In this document: positions 37,033-47,639 of the stretch, one piece after another | Numbering within the stretch: position 1 is the stretch's first letter | Layout: every line of letters starts with the position of its first letter | Source: a virus | Taxonomy: Duplodnaviria > Caudoviricetes | Virus record (IMG/VR): IMGVR_UViG_3300020152_000027 | Location: 1-55,773 of that record | Strand: one strand, 5' to 3' | Length of the DNA stretch: 55,773 bases | Translations under genes and position numbers: made by a program | The notes under the pieces: model-generated | The model's database searches: none | What the model saw: the letters and a program-made list of their open reading frames with translations, nothing else | Told to the model about the DNA's origin: nothing

Positions 37033-37716
37033 TCATTGACTCTTTTTGTCTATAGAAAGCTTGAGTAGCTGCGCAGCTTTTGCAGAGTGACGCCCCGCCG
37101 ACCCCCAGATAACATCTAGGATGGCACTTCGCTTGATATACTCCCCGCTCTTAAATTTTGTTATCCCTAAGTTATACCTGCCATTTAAATAGAAGGCGGT
37201 ACTTGATTTGGCCGGAATCCCGTCCCGGTACTGAAGCGACTCACTCCACACCCTTCCCGCAATGGCATAGTCATCTAAGGCGAGTACGATTGAATGTTTA
37301 ATCTCCCCTTCAGGGACATAAATAAGAGCCTCGTCAACTTCTGTTTTCGCTTGAACCAAGAGAGTGCCGTATTGTGTATACGTTATTCCTACCTCAATCG
37401 CTCCGGCCAGCCTGGACAAAGATTTAAGAGCCTGAAAAGCTCGCTCACCTGCTTCACTTAGAGCATTGTTTTTCGTTGGCGTGTCGTTGGCAAATTCAAT
37501 GCGGGCTATGGAGTCAATTTTTATCGTCGCTTCAACCACGCCTTGCTGTATTTTTATGGAGTCTGCGGTTGCACCCAAGAATACTCCTTTAATCGGATCA
37601 CCTTCCTTCAAATTCACCTGAACTTGATACTTGTGCGATACGTCTTGACCATAGGCACTAGCAGCCAGAACGCACAACAATATGGCAAGTAAAAAGGCGT
37701 GAGAGGTTTTCATCAT
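37033..37716 (-). CDS. Secreted protein (signal peptide, Sm-like N-domain)
   Basis: MKTSHAFLLAILLCVLAASAYG signal; VNLKEGDPIKGVFLG..IKIDSIARIEF. Confidence 0.65.
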   Translation of the reverse strand: MMKTSHAFLLAILLCVLAASAYGQDVSHKYQVQVNLKEGDPIKGVFLGATADSIKIQQGVVEATIKIDSIARIEFANDTPTKNNALSEAGERAFQALKSLSRLAGAIEVGITYTQYGTLLVQAKTEVDEALIYVPEGEIKHSIVLALDDYAIAGRVWSESLQYRDGIPAKSSTAFYLNGRYNLGITKFKSGEYIKRSAILDVIWGSAGRHSAKAAQLLKLSIDKKSQ

Positions 37717-37865
37717 TCTATCCTTTCGTGATGAAGAATTGTGGTAATATGTTCGCTGTCTAGAGCGTGAGCATATCACGCATGCTAATAATTTAGAGCG
37801 ACCTTGATCGCCCCAAAGCCGGACTCGATCCGTTGACTTTGGGGCGATTGTGTTTGTGCATGAAC

Positions 37866-38303
37866 TCAATGAGATTGGATCGCAGGACGATCCTTTACCA
37901 CCTCAACCGTTTTGTTCTTTATGTTTTTATCTTCAAGGGGGCGCATTTCGCGCATTTGAAAAGTGGCCTGTTCAGGCGGCATTAAGTGGATTGATTGGTT
38001 GAAACCAAAGCCTGCCGGCACTTGGCTAACGCGCACATAGTAAGTTTTCCCCGCTTCAACTTTGAGCAGGGTTTCTGATTGCTTTTGGCGCAGCCGTAGG
38101 CCGTATTCACCTGATGGCAGGCGAAGGGCGATAAAGCTATCTTCGGGCATTTCAAGTAATGGCTTGTCGTTTAACTTCACTTTGACTTTGCGGCTGTCAA
38201 GTTTAGACGCTTCCTCAACCCGATAGATGTAGACAGTCGCTTGATCGGTAGTCTGCGGCACATGACTTAGAGCGAATAGCAGGAACACTAAAGCGAGTCG
38301 CAT
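37866..38303 (-). CDS. DUF2846-like secreted protein
   Basis: Signal peptide; ATVYIYR..LPSGEY..VEAGKTYYVRV. Confidence 0.75.
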   Translation of the reverse strand: MRLALVFLLFALSHVPQTTDQATVYIYRVEEASKLDSRKVKVKLNDKPLLEMPEDSFIALRLPSGEYGLRLRQKQSETLLKVEAGKTYYVRVSQVPAGFGFNQSIHLMPPEQATFQMREMRPLEDKNIKNKTVEVVKDRPAIQSH

Positions 38304-38318
38304 ACGGCTCTCCTTTCG

Positions 38319-40688
38319 TTGGCGATGATACTACTACTCTTCATTATTTGGTTGCTACTTTTGGTAGCTACGTTTTCGCAGTCAGCCCGATGCGGCGTCG
38401 CCAACTATACACTACGGGGCTATCTTCACGATCCTATCTCCGGCACTGCGATCTTAACCTCGCTCCTTATTTCAGCGGCCACGAGTGCTGCAACTTACGG
38501 CCTTCAAAGGCTGCTAATCAAACCTAAACCGATTAAGCAGAACCGCGCTGGCGATCACCTTCTCATTCAAGATTCCGAGTGGGGGTTATTCATACCAGAG
38601 ATATACGGCGCACGCCCCGCAGACGGGAAAGGCGGAATTAAACTAGCAGGCAATATCATTGATGCCTCTACCATTCGCGCACAAACCACCACATCAACAG
38701 TCGAGAGTGGAGGTAAGGGTGCGCCCAAGCAAACGGTGGATAAAACCTCGTATTATCAAGACTTGGACATCTCGTTTGGCCGTGGCCGCCTTCGCTTCCT
38801 CAAGTTGTGGGCGATAGGCAGCGCAGGCGCGAAGGTCATCTATGACATCACGGCAACGGGAGCGACCGGGATCATAGATGCCACATACGATCCGCCCGAC
38901 CCGCAAGACTACTTTCTCTTGGATGATCCCCGCGATCCTGATCCTACCCCGGCAGGCCGTTACGGGTTTATGCCTGTGCCGGACTTTGAGGGGATGATTG
39001 ACGCTCAGATAGTTGGCGGTGGATATGCCAACGTTCGCGTTTATGACGGAGGGGAGGATCAACTACCCGACCCGTTGTTTGAGTCAATCCACGGCGTCGG
39101 CACGGTTCCTGCCTATCGCGGGCTGGCACACGTCGTTCTCGAAAATTATGACATCACAGACGGGCATCCGACGTTCCTTGCGCTCGTAGAAAACATGGAC
39201 TGCCAGACGCTCGACGAGATCGTGGAAGCTCGCGCCCTTCGAGCGGGTCTGGAAGCAACAGACGTTGACTTCTCCGCTCTGGCGACGAAAGAGGTCAGGG
39301 GCTTTCTTATCTCACAACTCCAGCCACCGCGAACCGACATGGAATTGTTAGGCAGAGTCTACGATGCCGACTTTTACGAAGGCGCAAATGGCAAAGTCAA
39401 CGGCGTGCTGCTCGATGAAACCATAGTCGTCACGCTTGATGAAGATTATTTAGGAGCCGGAGAGACTAACGGCGGGCTGTCCGCATCGGTTCAGTTCAAA
39501 GGCCGTGATGTTGCCGATCTGCCTTTTCGTCTCGACATTTCGTGCTTCGACGTGGACAACAATTTCGAGACGGCGACGCGCCACGCTACCCGGCAGATCA
39601 CCTCAAGCCAGAAACACGAGCCGCTTGATCTGCCTCTCGCCCTGACCACTGAAGAGTTACAGAGACTAGCGAACCGTGAGTTACAGGAGAGGTGGCGGGC
39701 GGACGGTTCCTACACCTTCACAACCACACATCAATATAAACACCTGATGCCGACACAGAAGATCAAAGTGCCTTTCAAGGGAACTTTGAAAGAGATGCGG
39801 ATCAAGGAAATTCAAGGTTCCATTCCCGGCATCCGCACCTTCACTTGCATCCCCGCGAGCGGAGTAGTCCTAGATTCGGTGGGCGATGCGGTCGCCGTGA
39901 GCACCAGCCAAACTCCTGCTGTCCCGGCCAATACCGTACTGATTTTAATTGACGTGCCCCGCCTGTACTCCCCGCAAGACACTCCCGGCTTCATGTGGGC
40001 GGCTGCTCCGCGCGATCCGTTGTCGGGTGAATGGTCACGCGCTGCTCTCTACATGGAGAAAGGTTCGGGCACGCAGTTCGTTGACACGACCGACGGCGCG
40101 GCCACGATGGGGCGGGTGGTTATAAGTGCCCTCTCTGACGTTCCGGTCGGATGGGCAGAAGGTGAGTGGGATGACGACTCGACGATCACGGCTGACCTCT
40201 TCTATGGCGAACTAGAAACGTTGACGGACGCAGAAGTGCTGGATGGGGGTAATGTTTTCGTCGTCGGTAATGAAGTCGTCGGCGTAGCGACTTGGGTACG
40301 AGTGGAGGGGGAGCCTAACCGCTGGACGGGTTCACGCTTGCAACGTCGGCTCAAGGGCACGTCTTCGGCGGGACACCTACTTAATGAACGCATCGTGCTT
40401 TTAAACAATGCCGTCCGTTTTGTCAGGGTTGACGAATCGGAAAAAGACATCCCCCGAACCTATAGAGCGGCCACCCTTGCCCCATCCGCTTCACAGTCCG
40501 TAGCAGACGCCGCGCCGGTTGATTTTACTTGGACGGGGCAGACCATCACCGACCCGCAAGGCTCTTTTGCTGTCATCGAAGGCGATACGATCATCATCAA
40601 TAACGAGTTGAACTTCGATTCGGATGCGGCACGCGATCTGTCTCGAAAGAATCTAGGCGCGGCTGACGAGATTTCACAATGGCTGTAA
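38319..40688 (+). CDS. Central tail tip/host-specificity protein (GTA baseplate-like)
   Basis: IPEIYG..KLAGNII, PAYRGLAHVVLE, VGNEVV..RRLKGT; start uncertain. Confidence 0.85.
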   Translation: MAMILLLFIIWLLLLVATFSQSARCGVANYTLRGYLHDPISGTAILTSLLISAATSAATYGLQRLLIKPKPIKQNRAGDHLLIQDSEWGLFIPEIYGARPADGKGGIKLAGNIIDASTIRAQTTTSTVESGGKGAPKQTVDKTSYYQDLDISFGRGRLRFLKLWAIGSAGAKVIYDITATGATGIIDATYDPPDPQDYFLLDDPRDPDPTPAGRYGFMPVPDFEGMIDAQIVGGGYANVRVYDGGEDQLPDPLFESIHGVGTVPAYRGLAHVVLENYDITDGHPTFLALVENMDCQTLDEIVEARALRAGLEATDVDFSALATKEVRGFLISQLQPPRTDMELLGRVYDADFYEGANGKVNGVLLDETIVVTLDEDYLGAGETNGGLSASVQFKGRDVADLPFRLDISCFDVDNNFETATRHATRQITSSQKHEPLDLPLALTTEELQRLANRELQERWRADGSYTFTTTHQYKHLMPTQKIKVPFKGTLKEMRIKEIQGSIPGIRTFTCIPASGVVLDSVGDAVAVSTSQTPAVPANTVLILIDVPRLYSPQDTPGFMWAAAPRDPLSGEWSRAALYMEKGSGTQFVDTTDGAATMGRVVISALSDVPVGWAEGEWDDDSTITADLFYGELETLTDAEVLDGGNVFVVGNEVVGVATWVRVEGEPNRWTGSRLQRRLKGTSSAGHLLNERIVLLNNAVRFVRVDESEKDIPRTYRAATLAPSASQSVADAAPVDFTWTGQTITDPQGSFAVIEGDTIIINNELNFDSDAARDLSRKNLGAADEISQWL

Positions 40689-40969
40689 CACCTAAACCGC
40701 TGGGCGATGGTCAACTCCCCACCACTAAGGCGACGCTCTACCAATGCCCGGCTGATACGCGGGCAATCGTCAAACTCGTCTCGCTCGTCAACGTCTCGGC
40801 TTCCCTGCGCACGGTCAATATTTACGTCAACGTGTCGGGTACGAGTCGGAGGGTAGTGCCGAAAGATTGGCCGATAGCAGTGGGGGAGCAGGTGTTGATT
40901 GAAGACATCGGCCTGTACTTGGACGCGGGAGATTTACTTGAGGGCCGCATCGGCGGCGACTTCGATTGA
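40679..40969 (+). CDS. Small virion protein
   Basis: TLYQCPA..IVK..N..LDAGDLL pattern common in tail regions. Confidence 0.55.
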   Translation: MAVTPKPLGDGQLPTTKATLYQCPADTRAIVKLVSLVNVSASLRTVNIYVNVSGTSRRVVPKDWPIAVGEQVLIEDIGLYLDAGDLLEGRIGGDFD

Positions 40970-41010
40970 CTTCGTAGTTTGCGGAGTGGAGTACACGGAG
41001 AGTTAAAGAT

Positions 41011-41997
41011 ATGCCGATCACCAGATTGCCAGTGCCGGTAGAGACGTTCTACCAACCGGGCGGGACGGACGTAGCCGTGGCCGACGGTGGTACGGGTGCG
41101 TCTACGGCGGCGGACGCGCGCACTAACCTCGGATTAGGGAATGTTAACAACACTTCAGACGCTAATAAGCCTATCTCTACGGCCACACAGACGGCTTTAG
41201 ACGGCAAGCAGCCGCTAGATGGAGACCTCACGACCATCGCCGCCCTGACGCCCTCCAACGACGATATTATTCAACGCAAGGCAGGGTCATGGGTCAGCCG
41301 TACTCTCGCGCAACTGAAGGCCGATCTAGCCCTGGCGTGGGGGGACATTAGCAAGGCCGGATCATCACTTGCCGACCTCGCCACCCGTTCCGCCTCAGAC
41401 CTCAATAGCGGCACGCTTCCGGCTGGCCGGATGCCCGCCCTGACCGGCGACGTGACTTCCGTAGCCGGGGGCGTGGCTACCACACTTGCGAACTCCGGCG
41501 CGGCAGCCGGGACATATACCGGGCTGCTCGCAATCACGGTTGACGCCAAAGGGCGTATTACCTCTATTTCGGCATCTCCTGACCCGGAAGGGGCGCACGT
41601 CACGAACAGCACCGATACGCCCATCCCCGACACGACGCGCACGGTGCTCAACTGGAACACGGAAACAAAGGACGTGGGCGGGGTGCATAGCACAGCCTCA
41701 AACACCTCACGCCTGACTGCTCCGGTCTCAGGCTGGTACACGATCTTCTGTGCCGTGGTTTTCTACCCGAACTCTGCCGGGATCAGGCAGGTCACGATCA
41801 AGTTGAACGGCACAACCGATCTGCCAACGGAGTCAATCATCAGCAATTCAGCAACGCTGGGCACTTACGTCAGCGCGGGCACGCTCTACTACTTGAGCGC
41901 GGGGCATTATGTGGAGGCGGACGTTAAACAGACGAGCGGTGCGCCGCTCAGTATTTACGCCCCTTCAAGTTCTTTCTCAATGGTGCGAAACAGGTAA
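41011..41997 (+). CDS. Tail fibre with C1q-like C-terminal head
   Basis: VADGGTGASTAADARTNLGLGNVNNTSDANKPISTATQTALD; TVDAKGRIT; SRLTAPVSGWY. Confidence 0.8.
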   Translation: MPITRLPVPVETFYQPGGTDVAVADGGTGASTAADARTNLGLGNVNNTSDANKPISTATQTALDGKQPLDGDLTTIAALTPSNDDIIQRKAGSWVSRTLAQLKADLALAWGDISKAGSSLADLATRSASDLNSGTLPAGRMPALTGDVTSVAGGVATTLANSGAAAGTYTGLLAITVDAKGRITSISASPDPEGAHVTNSTDTPIPDTTRTVLNWNTETKDVGGVHSTASNTSRLTAPVSGWYTIFCAVVFYPNSAGIRQVTIKLNGTTDLPTESIISNSATLGTYVSAGTLYYLSAGHYVEADVKQTSGAPLSIYAPSSSFSMVRNR

Positions 41998-42003
41998 ATA
42001 AAG

Positions 42004-43866
42004 ATGGCTACAATCACGATTGCAAGCAGCACGGTAGAACCGGCATGGCATGGCGGAACGCCGCCGCGGTTACGAATCTTTGCAAACATCCCCTTTATGA
42101 CCGCGGACGGCTCGCCCGTCCAACAAGGCAGCCCATCGTCCGGCCTTGCATACCTTGATGCTGCGTGCACGCTCGACGAGGAGGGGCGGGTCGTCGTGCC
42201 GGAGATCGAGCTACCGTCTACCACGGATTCTACTGCTCCGAATGCACGTCCATACACCGCCTATCTCTACAGTCTAGGTGCAGATCAGAGCGGGCAGTAT
42301 TCAGAGTTCGCCACTTTCGGCGCGGGCTTCGCGCTGGATCATACCGATCTGACTCAGACGTGGGAAGACATCCGGGCGTTCAATGACGGTACGCTCCCGA
42401 TGAACGCGACCGACTACAGCATGTCCGGCGATCTGGATATAGGCGGTGGCCTAGACGTAGGCGGATCGGGCACGTTCGGAGGGGCATTGACCGCCGCCAG
42501 CCTCCACATCACCGGCGGGGCGCAGATAGACGGTGCGATTACCTCCAATGACACCCTTCTGGTAAACGACGACGCCCAGATTAACGGGATCGTGACCGCG
42601 CAAGCCTTCGTCGGCAACGGAGCGGGGATCACAGGATTAACCGGAGCTACCGGGGGAGTCGCCAACACCGGCTCTACTACCATCGGTGCTGACACGAATG
42701 CGGACGGGATCGGCGTCATTGACTTCCAGATCGGCCTCGCAACCAAAGCCAGACTGAACAACGACGGTACGTTCGAGGCCATCGGCGGGCTGAACGTGTC
42801 GGGCGGGGCGATGGCCTTGAATGGCGCGTATGGCGCGTTCACTGCCAACAGTTCGCACTTACAGACCTTCAATCAGGTCAATACCGGGCTTGGCCTGACG
42901 TATCCGGTTTATGCCGGGTTCATCTTCGACACGCCATCAAACTCCGGCGCGCAGTTCGGGATCGTCTCGAAGGTCAACACTGGCACAAGCACGCAAATCA
43001 ACCGTCCGGCTGCGCATCAGGCGTTGTACAAGGTGGCGATCTACGGCGAGTGTGTGACGATTCCCGGCAACAACTCGGATAGCCTGTGCTATGGGGGCAA
43101 CGTCTTGGCCGAGGTCAACACAGGTCATCTAGCTTTCAGTTGGGGATTTGAAATCGATCATAACAACAGCATGATCCTCAAGCCCGATTCGTATGCCAGC
43201 CAGACGGTTGATCCCACGTTTACGGGCGCACTTCACGTCGCAACAGGGGGTATCTATCCAACGCAAGTTGGTATCCAGACCTACGCGCTCGCCGGTTCGG
43301 AGTTCAATTGGGCTATTGACATCAACCGCGCGTCCTATTCCAGATTCGGGATCGCGGTCGGTGCAACCAACATCTTCAACACGACGACGGCAGCAGGCGG
43401 GCAGGCAGCAGAGTTAGCTATCGGCCACGTCAACACGCGCACAGCCCTCCTGATCCAAGAGAACGGGGCGACGGGTGCGTTAATCAAACTGCGCAACGCA
43501 GCCAACAACGGAGACTGGGGGCGCGTCGAGCGTGACGGCACATTCCTCAGCATCACGTCGTCAGGTGGTTTCACGGTTCTCAAGGATGAAGCACCGGGAG
43601 CGACGCGAGGTTTCCAGATGACGGCCACGGACACGGCCAATCTGGTAGGCGAGGACTTGCTTTTCAATTCAATCAGGGACGGGGTACGCACCGAGAGGTT
43701 GCGTCTCTACAACAACGATCAAGCCATCGTGCTTGGAGCGGCGGTCGTGCTGGGCTGGGGTTCGGGCGCACCGGCAGCGGCCTACCCGGACGGCTCGGTG
43801 TACTTCCGTACAGGTGCTGGGGGAATGTTCTACGTTCGACAATCGGGAGTTTGGACGGCTAAGTAA
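42004..43866 (+). CDS. Tail fibre/spike (receptor-binding protein)
   Basis: Gly/Thr-rich beta repeats; C-terminal GSGAP..DGSVYFRT..W. Confidence 0.7.
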   Translation: MATITIASSTVEPAWHGGTPPRLRIFANIPFMTADGSPVQQGSPSSGLAYLDAACTLDEEGRVVVPEIELPSTTDSTAPNARPYTAYLYSLGADQSGQYSEFATFGAGFALDHTDLTQTWEDIRAFNDGTLPMNATDYSMSGDLDIGGGLDVGGSGTFGGALTAASLHITGGAQIDGAITSNDTLLVNDDAQINGIVTAQAFVGNGAGITGLTGATGGVANTGSTTIGADTNADGIGVIDFQIGLATKARLNNDGTFEAIGGLNVSGGAMALNGAYGAFTANSSHLQTFNQVNTGLGLTYPVYAGFIFDTPSNSGAQFGIVSKVNTGTSTQINRPAAHQALYKVAIYGECVTIPGNNSDSLCYGGNVLAEVNTGHLAFSWGFEIDHNNSMILKPDSYASQTVDPTFTGALHVATGGIYPTQVGIQTYALAGSEFNWAIDINRASYSRFGIAVGATNIFNTTTAAGGQAAELAIGHVNTRTALLIQENGATGALIKLRNAANNGDWGRVERDGTFLSITSSGGFTVLKDEAPGATRGFQMTATDTANLVGEDLLFNSIRDGVRTERLRLYNNDQAIVLGAAVVLGWGSGAPAAAYPDGSVYFRTGAGGMFYVRQSGVWTAK

Positions 43867-43884
43867 TTTACTAAGGAGCGGATA

Positions 43885-44289
43885 ATGTCAAAAGTTACGA
43901 GGATTAGAGAGAAGCAGAAGGTGGGACAGCTTGAATTGACGGTGCAGCAGTTGGTTAATTCCAAACAGGCGTTATCGTCGCTGGTAAGTCAGCCCCTAGT
44001 TTTTGGGACATCGTTCAAACTGGCGAAAGTGGTGAAGGCGGTCAATGAGGAGCTGCAGACCTATGACGATCTGCGGCGGAAGCTTTGCGAGAAGTACGGA
44101 ACACTGACAGAGGACGAGTCGCAATACGACATCCCGGCGAACAAGCAGAAGGAGTTTAACGCGGAGTTCGCAGAGTTGCTTGCTACGCCGATCCAATTAC
44201 CGGGGTCGCCCCTGCGTCCGGCTGAGTTCGGGCGTGTGGAGATGAGCGCGGGCGATCTGCTTGCTCTGGAATGGCTGATAGTGGAGTGA
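43885..44289 (+). CDS. DUF1617-like tail-associated protein/chaperone
   Basis: SFKLAK..RRKLCEKYG..EFNAEFAELL. Confidence 0.55.
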   Translation: MSKVTRIREKQKVGQLELTVQQLVNSKQALSSLVSQPLVFGTSFKLAKVVKAVNEELQTYDDLRRKLCEKYGTLTEDESQYDIPANKQKEFNAEFAELLATPIQLPGSPLRPAEFGRVEMSAGDLLALEWLIVE

Positions 44290-44691
44290 GGGAAGATGTG
44301 TTCAGATGAAGGTGAGGGGTGGGAAGTAGTGCGTTAGCCGAGAGGTTTAAGACTACTTCACCCGATCAACCTTCAAAGCATCTTTTAGCGGTGCTATCTC
44401 ATAAGCGGAACACTCTTCTGCATGATTATCAGGATTGACCGTTCCCATCCAACATCTACAGACTGCCTTTTGAGACTCTTCATAGGCTTGAACTACAAGA
44501 GCGGTAATCATGCGGACTATGTATTCCCGTTCAGTAGGGACATTTAAACAATCTGCCAGAAATGCCGCTTTTGCTTCAACCTCTTCCCTAGTCATTCTCT
44601 CTCCTAATCATATGCTAATCCTCTCCCCTCTCTACTATGAAGCAACCCCGGCATCATCCCAGATCGCCGGGGCGCGGCTCTAGTGAAGAGA

Positions 44692-45033
44692 TTAAGTGGA
44701 GGTTAAGATTTGCTGACGCCTCAGAGTTTTCTTGCCGCCCGCCTGTTGGCAATAGCTGTAAGCGCGGTTGTAACTTATACCCAGCATCTCTGCGACCCTT
44801 GTTATCTTGCCGCCCGCTATTACAAGTTCCAACACATGCCGCTTAGTGTGCTCAGATTCGTCGCATAAATTTAAGGTGGCATGGCAATACTGACACTTCC
44901 ACGAGTTGTCAAACGCCACGACGGGCGACAGCAGGACGCTACGCACCTGCCTTAATGCGTTAATGGCTTCATCAACAGCATCGCGGCGACGCTCCAGATC
45001 GTTTAAAACTGCCTCGTAGTCAGCACGCTTCAT
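44692..45033 (-). CDS. Coiled-coil + zinc finger + HTH protein
   Basis: CQYCH; GGKITRVAEMLGISYNRAY. Confidence 0.55.
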   Translation of the reverse strand: MKRADYEAVLNDLERRRDAVDEAINALRQVRSVLLSPVVAFDNSWKCQYCHATLNLCDESEHTKRHVLELVIAGGKITRVAEMLGISYNRAYSYCQQAGGKKTLRRQQILTST

Positions 45034-45054
45034 GGTTGCGTCTGTGCCTCTCCT

Positions 45055-45264
45055 TTATAGTGTGGCGGGCGGCGGGGGAGATTCGATTTCCTTGACCATT
45101 GCCTGACAACATTCTCGAAAGGGACTAAACCCGCCGTCCTCATAAGTGAGTGCAACGGTTACGCCGCCTTGCGGTTTCCAGCCCAACGATATGTAGCGAC
45201 GACCCTCTTGTGTCAACTCATATACCGTGTCTGCTTTAAGTATCTCGTATTCCACTTTTCCCAC
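45055..45264 (-). CDS. DUF1737-like protein
   Basis: YEIL..GWKPQGG..QAMVK. Confidence 0.7.
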   Translation of the reverse strand: MGKVEYEILKADTVYELTQEGRRYISLGWKPQGGVTVALTYEDGGFSPFRECCQAMVKEIESPPPPATL

Positions 45265-45294
45265 TCCTTTCTAAATCAGCCCACTCCCAGAAAC

Positions 45295-45729
45295 TTAAGA
45301 TTCAGGGGATGAGGTAGCACCCGCTTCCCCATCGGAATCTCCGCTGCTTACTTCCTTCGCGTTAGGTGCTGCTTGCAAGCCCAAGAAGAAGCCGCAGCCC
45401 GCAATCATGCAAACCATCCAGACTAAATCAAACCATCCGCCGCGCTGGCGGTAGACACCAAAAGCCAGCGTCGCGGACACTCCACACAGAATGATAGAAG
45501 GCCAGAATCCGACCTCGGAAGCGCGCACTTTTCCAGCCCCGCGCGATACCTTCAAGGAAGTCTCGCCGCGCCACAACACAGACCATGCACAAAAGGCCAA
45601 GACGTAGAAAATCTTAAAGCGGTCGGAGATGCTCTGCGGCTTTAATTGAAAGCCGTGCGTCTCCCCTTCTTCCAGCGGTCGCCATTCAGATGCCTTCACG
45701 TTCAACTCCTTCCCCATCGTCTGTTTCAA
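45295..45729 (-). CDS. Membrane protein
   Basis: Three hydrophobic segments. Confidence 0.5.
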   Translation of the reverse strand: MKQTMGKELNVKASEWRPLEEGETHGFQLKPQSISDRFKIFYVLAFCAWSVLWRGETSLKVSRGAGKVRASEVGFWPSIILCGVSATLAFGVYRQRGGWFDLVWMVCMIAGCGFFLGLQAAPNAKEVSSGDSDGEAGATSSPES

Positions 45730-45750
45730 TAGCGGGGCGGGCGGACGAAC

Positions 45751-46059
45751 TCAGGCGGCGCGCGACTCTTCTATCTCTTCCTCTTCAACGTCGCACCACT
45801 CTCCATCTTCAAACCTTTCGACGCCGCCCATGTTCGCGTAGTCCGGCTTGATTTTGTTCTCAAACTGGAAGAGGTCATAGTTAGCGAGCACGTCGGCAAC
45901 GATAGCGGCGGTTTCCATGTTCGGAACCGGCACATAGAACGGTGGAATATCCGCGCCAACTTGCGGCATCCACCAGACTCTAAGCGCACCCTCTGTAGCC
46001 TCGTCGCGGGCTTCATCGGGCGGCGTTGTTAGATACTCTTCAAGACCTTTAATAGACAT
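45751..46059 (-). CDS. P22 gp17-like superinfection-exclusion-related protein
   Basis: LRVWWMPQV..FYVPV..LANYDLFQFENKIKPDYANMGG. Confidence 0.75.
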   Translation of the reverse strand: MSIKGLEEYLTTPPDEARDEATEGALRVWWMPQVGADIPPFYVPVPNMETAAIVADVLANYDLFQFENKIKPDYANMGGVERFEDGEWCDVEEEEIEESRAA

Positions 46060-46122
46060 TTTCGACTCCTTTTTCGCCGCGCCTACCGCTGGGGAGAGGG
46101 CGGACAGACTCAAGACGTGCAA

Positions 46123-46494
46123 TTAGGTCTCACGCCCCGAACCTCTTCCCCGCCCACAACATTCCGCATGTGCTAGGTTGCCGCTTGTTTCCAGCGCGGT
46201 CTGACAGATCGTGCTTATCGCTCGCACCATGCGTGCCATCTCGCGCCGATACTCTGGATCATCCCACTCGTAGCAGCCGCGACTTTCAGCAACCCACGCA
46301 TAGCCACCAGCGGTGCGCCAGACCTCTTCTAAGGCGGCAGCGAGTCCCGAACGGTCTGTATGTAGAATGTCTTTAAGCCGCTCGACTTCGCTGTTAGCTG
46401 CGACCTCCTTCACGGCATCGGCATAGGTACAGCCGGGCGCGCACAGTGTTAAGGGCTTCGCGTCACACCCCGGACAACCTGCATAGTTGCTCAT
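46123..46494 (-). CDS. Hypothetical protein
   Basis: GAGG RBS; operon context. Confidence 0.5.
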   Translation of the reverse strand: MSNYAGCPGCDAKPLTLCAPGCTYADAVKEVAANSEVERLKDILHTDRSGLAAALEEVWRTAGGYAWVAESRGCYEWDDPEYRREMARMVRAISTICQTALETSGNLAHAECCGRGRGSGRET

Positions 46495-47115
46495 CTGAAC
46501 CTCACTTTCTAGTCAACATTCCATTCCCACATGAAGCGCGATCCATCGGCAAACCGCATCCCTCTTGGGCTTACTTTGTTATCCCTTTGTCGCTGGTAGG
46601 CTGCTCTGCTATCTCTTCCTGCGCCTTTGCTATCAGATCGTTCCAATCACTTTCAGACTCGCACTCGAAAAACCTGAATAGCGCGTCCTTAAGTTCGGAG
46701 GCGGATTCGCGGTTAGATACATCTATCCAGCACCTTTCCAGCATGTCCCAAACAGGAATCGCGCCAAAGTGTTTGCGATACAATGCGCGCAGCTTTCTAT
46801 TGGTCAGGCTTGGGACATATCCGCAGTTAGGACACGCTTTCATCGCCGCCCTCTCTCCCGCGCACGACCTTGCTTGCCTTCATACAGCCATTTGGGATCG
46901 GGGCGTGGCTTATGGTCTGCCCGACCTCGCAACTTGACCTCTTGCCAAGCCGTGACGAGTCGCCCGTCCGGTAAACGCACTTCGATTTCAACGTCTGCCG
47001 TGATCGTCCAGTTGCCGTTAGCCGCGCGCTTCACTCCGACGACGCAAGCCTTTTTCTTGAGCGAGAGCGTTTCATTCAGCCCATAAGATTCTTTAGGTAC
47101 GGCCATCGTTACACC

Positions 47116-47346
47116 TTAACTAACTTGCAATTCTGCCAGCCTTTCCTTTGCAGACTTGAGCGTGTATTCAGCATCTTCAATCTCTTCTTTCAGCCGCTCG
47201 ATTTCCTCGTCTCGCTCAATCTCCGCGCGCTCAATGTTGCCGCACCGTTCGCAGATGATGATGTTCGGAAACCACTTGTTACTCGTCAGCCCGTCGTTTA
47301 AGTCGAACCACTTTCCGCACTTTTCGCAGGGTGTTGGCATTTCCAT
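47116..47346 (-). CDS. Zinc-ribbon + coiled-coil protein, first gene of the second leftward operon
   Basis: CEKC..CERC; AAGGAG RBS. Confidence 0.6.
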   Translation of the reverse strand: MEMPTPCEKCGKWFDLNDGLTSNKWFPNIIICERCGNIERAEIERDEEIERLKEEIEDAEYTLKSAKERLAELQVS

Positions 47347-47375
47347 AAGAAACAATCTCCTTTCTACTCAAAACT

Positions 47376-47450
47376 ATTATACACGTCAAACCCTTTTAAC
47401 TCAAGGAAAAAGATTAGCCTTGTCAAACAGTTTAACGTGTGCTAAAAATC
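47376..47450. promoter_or_regulatory. Divergent promoters with inverted-repeat operator
   Basis: Leftward TTGAGT-17-TATAAT; rightward TTGTCA-17-TAAAAA shortly before ATG 47456; ACACGTCAAAC (47381) / GTTTAACGTGT (47430) inverted repeat. Confidence 0.7.
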
Positions 47451-47455
47451 CGCGC

Positions 47456-47638
47456 ATGATACTGACCGTGCAAGAGGTAGCAAACCGTTTGGGCGTGACG
47501 CGAGAGCGCGTCTATAAGCTCATCACCGATAAGCGGCTGCCAGCTACAAAGTTCGGGCGCGACTGGCAGATACAAGAGAAGCATTTAAAACTCGTCCAAA
47601 ATCGTAGAGTCGGCAGACCCCGTAAAGAGGCCGCATAA
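47456..47638 (+). CDS. Excisionase-like HTH_17 DNA-binding protein
   Basis: MILTVQEVANRLGVTRERVYKLI..LPATKFGRDWQI; C-terminal GRP. Confidence 0.85.
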   Translation: MILTVQEVANRLGVTRERVYKLITDKRLPATKFGRDWQIQEKHLKLVQNRRVGRPRKEAA

Positions 47639-47639
47639 C

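Noticed and set aside
41011-43866. Diversity-generating retroelement targeting tail fibres
   Set aside because: No reverse transcriptase motif and no TR/VR pair seen
47456-47638. Excisionase implying an integration module
   Set aside because: No integrase present; more likely the autoregulator of the parA-rep operon
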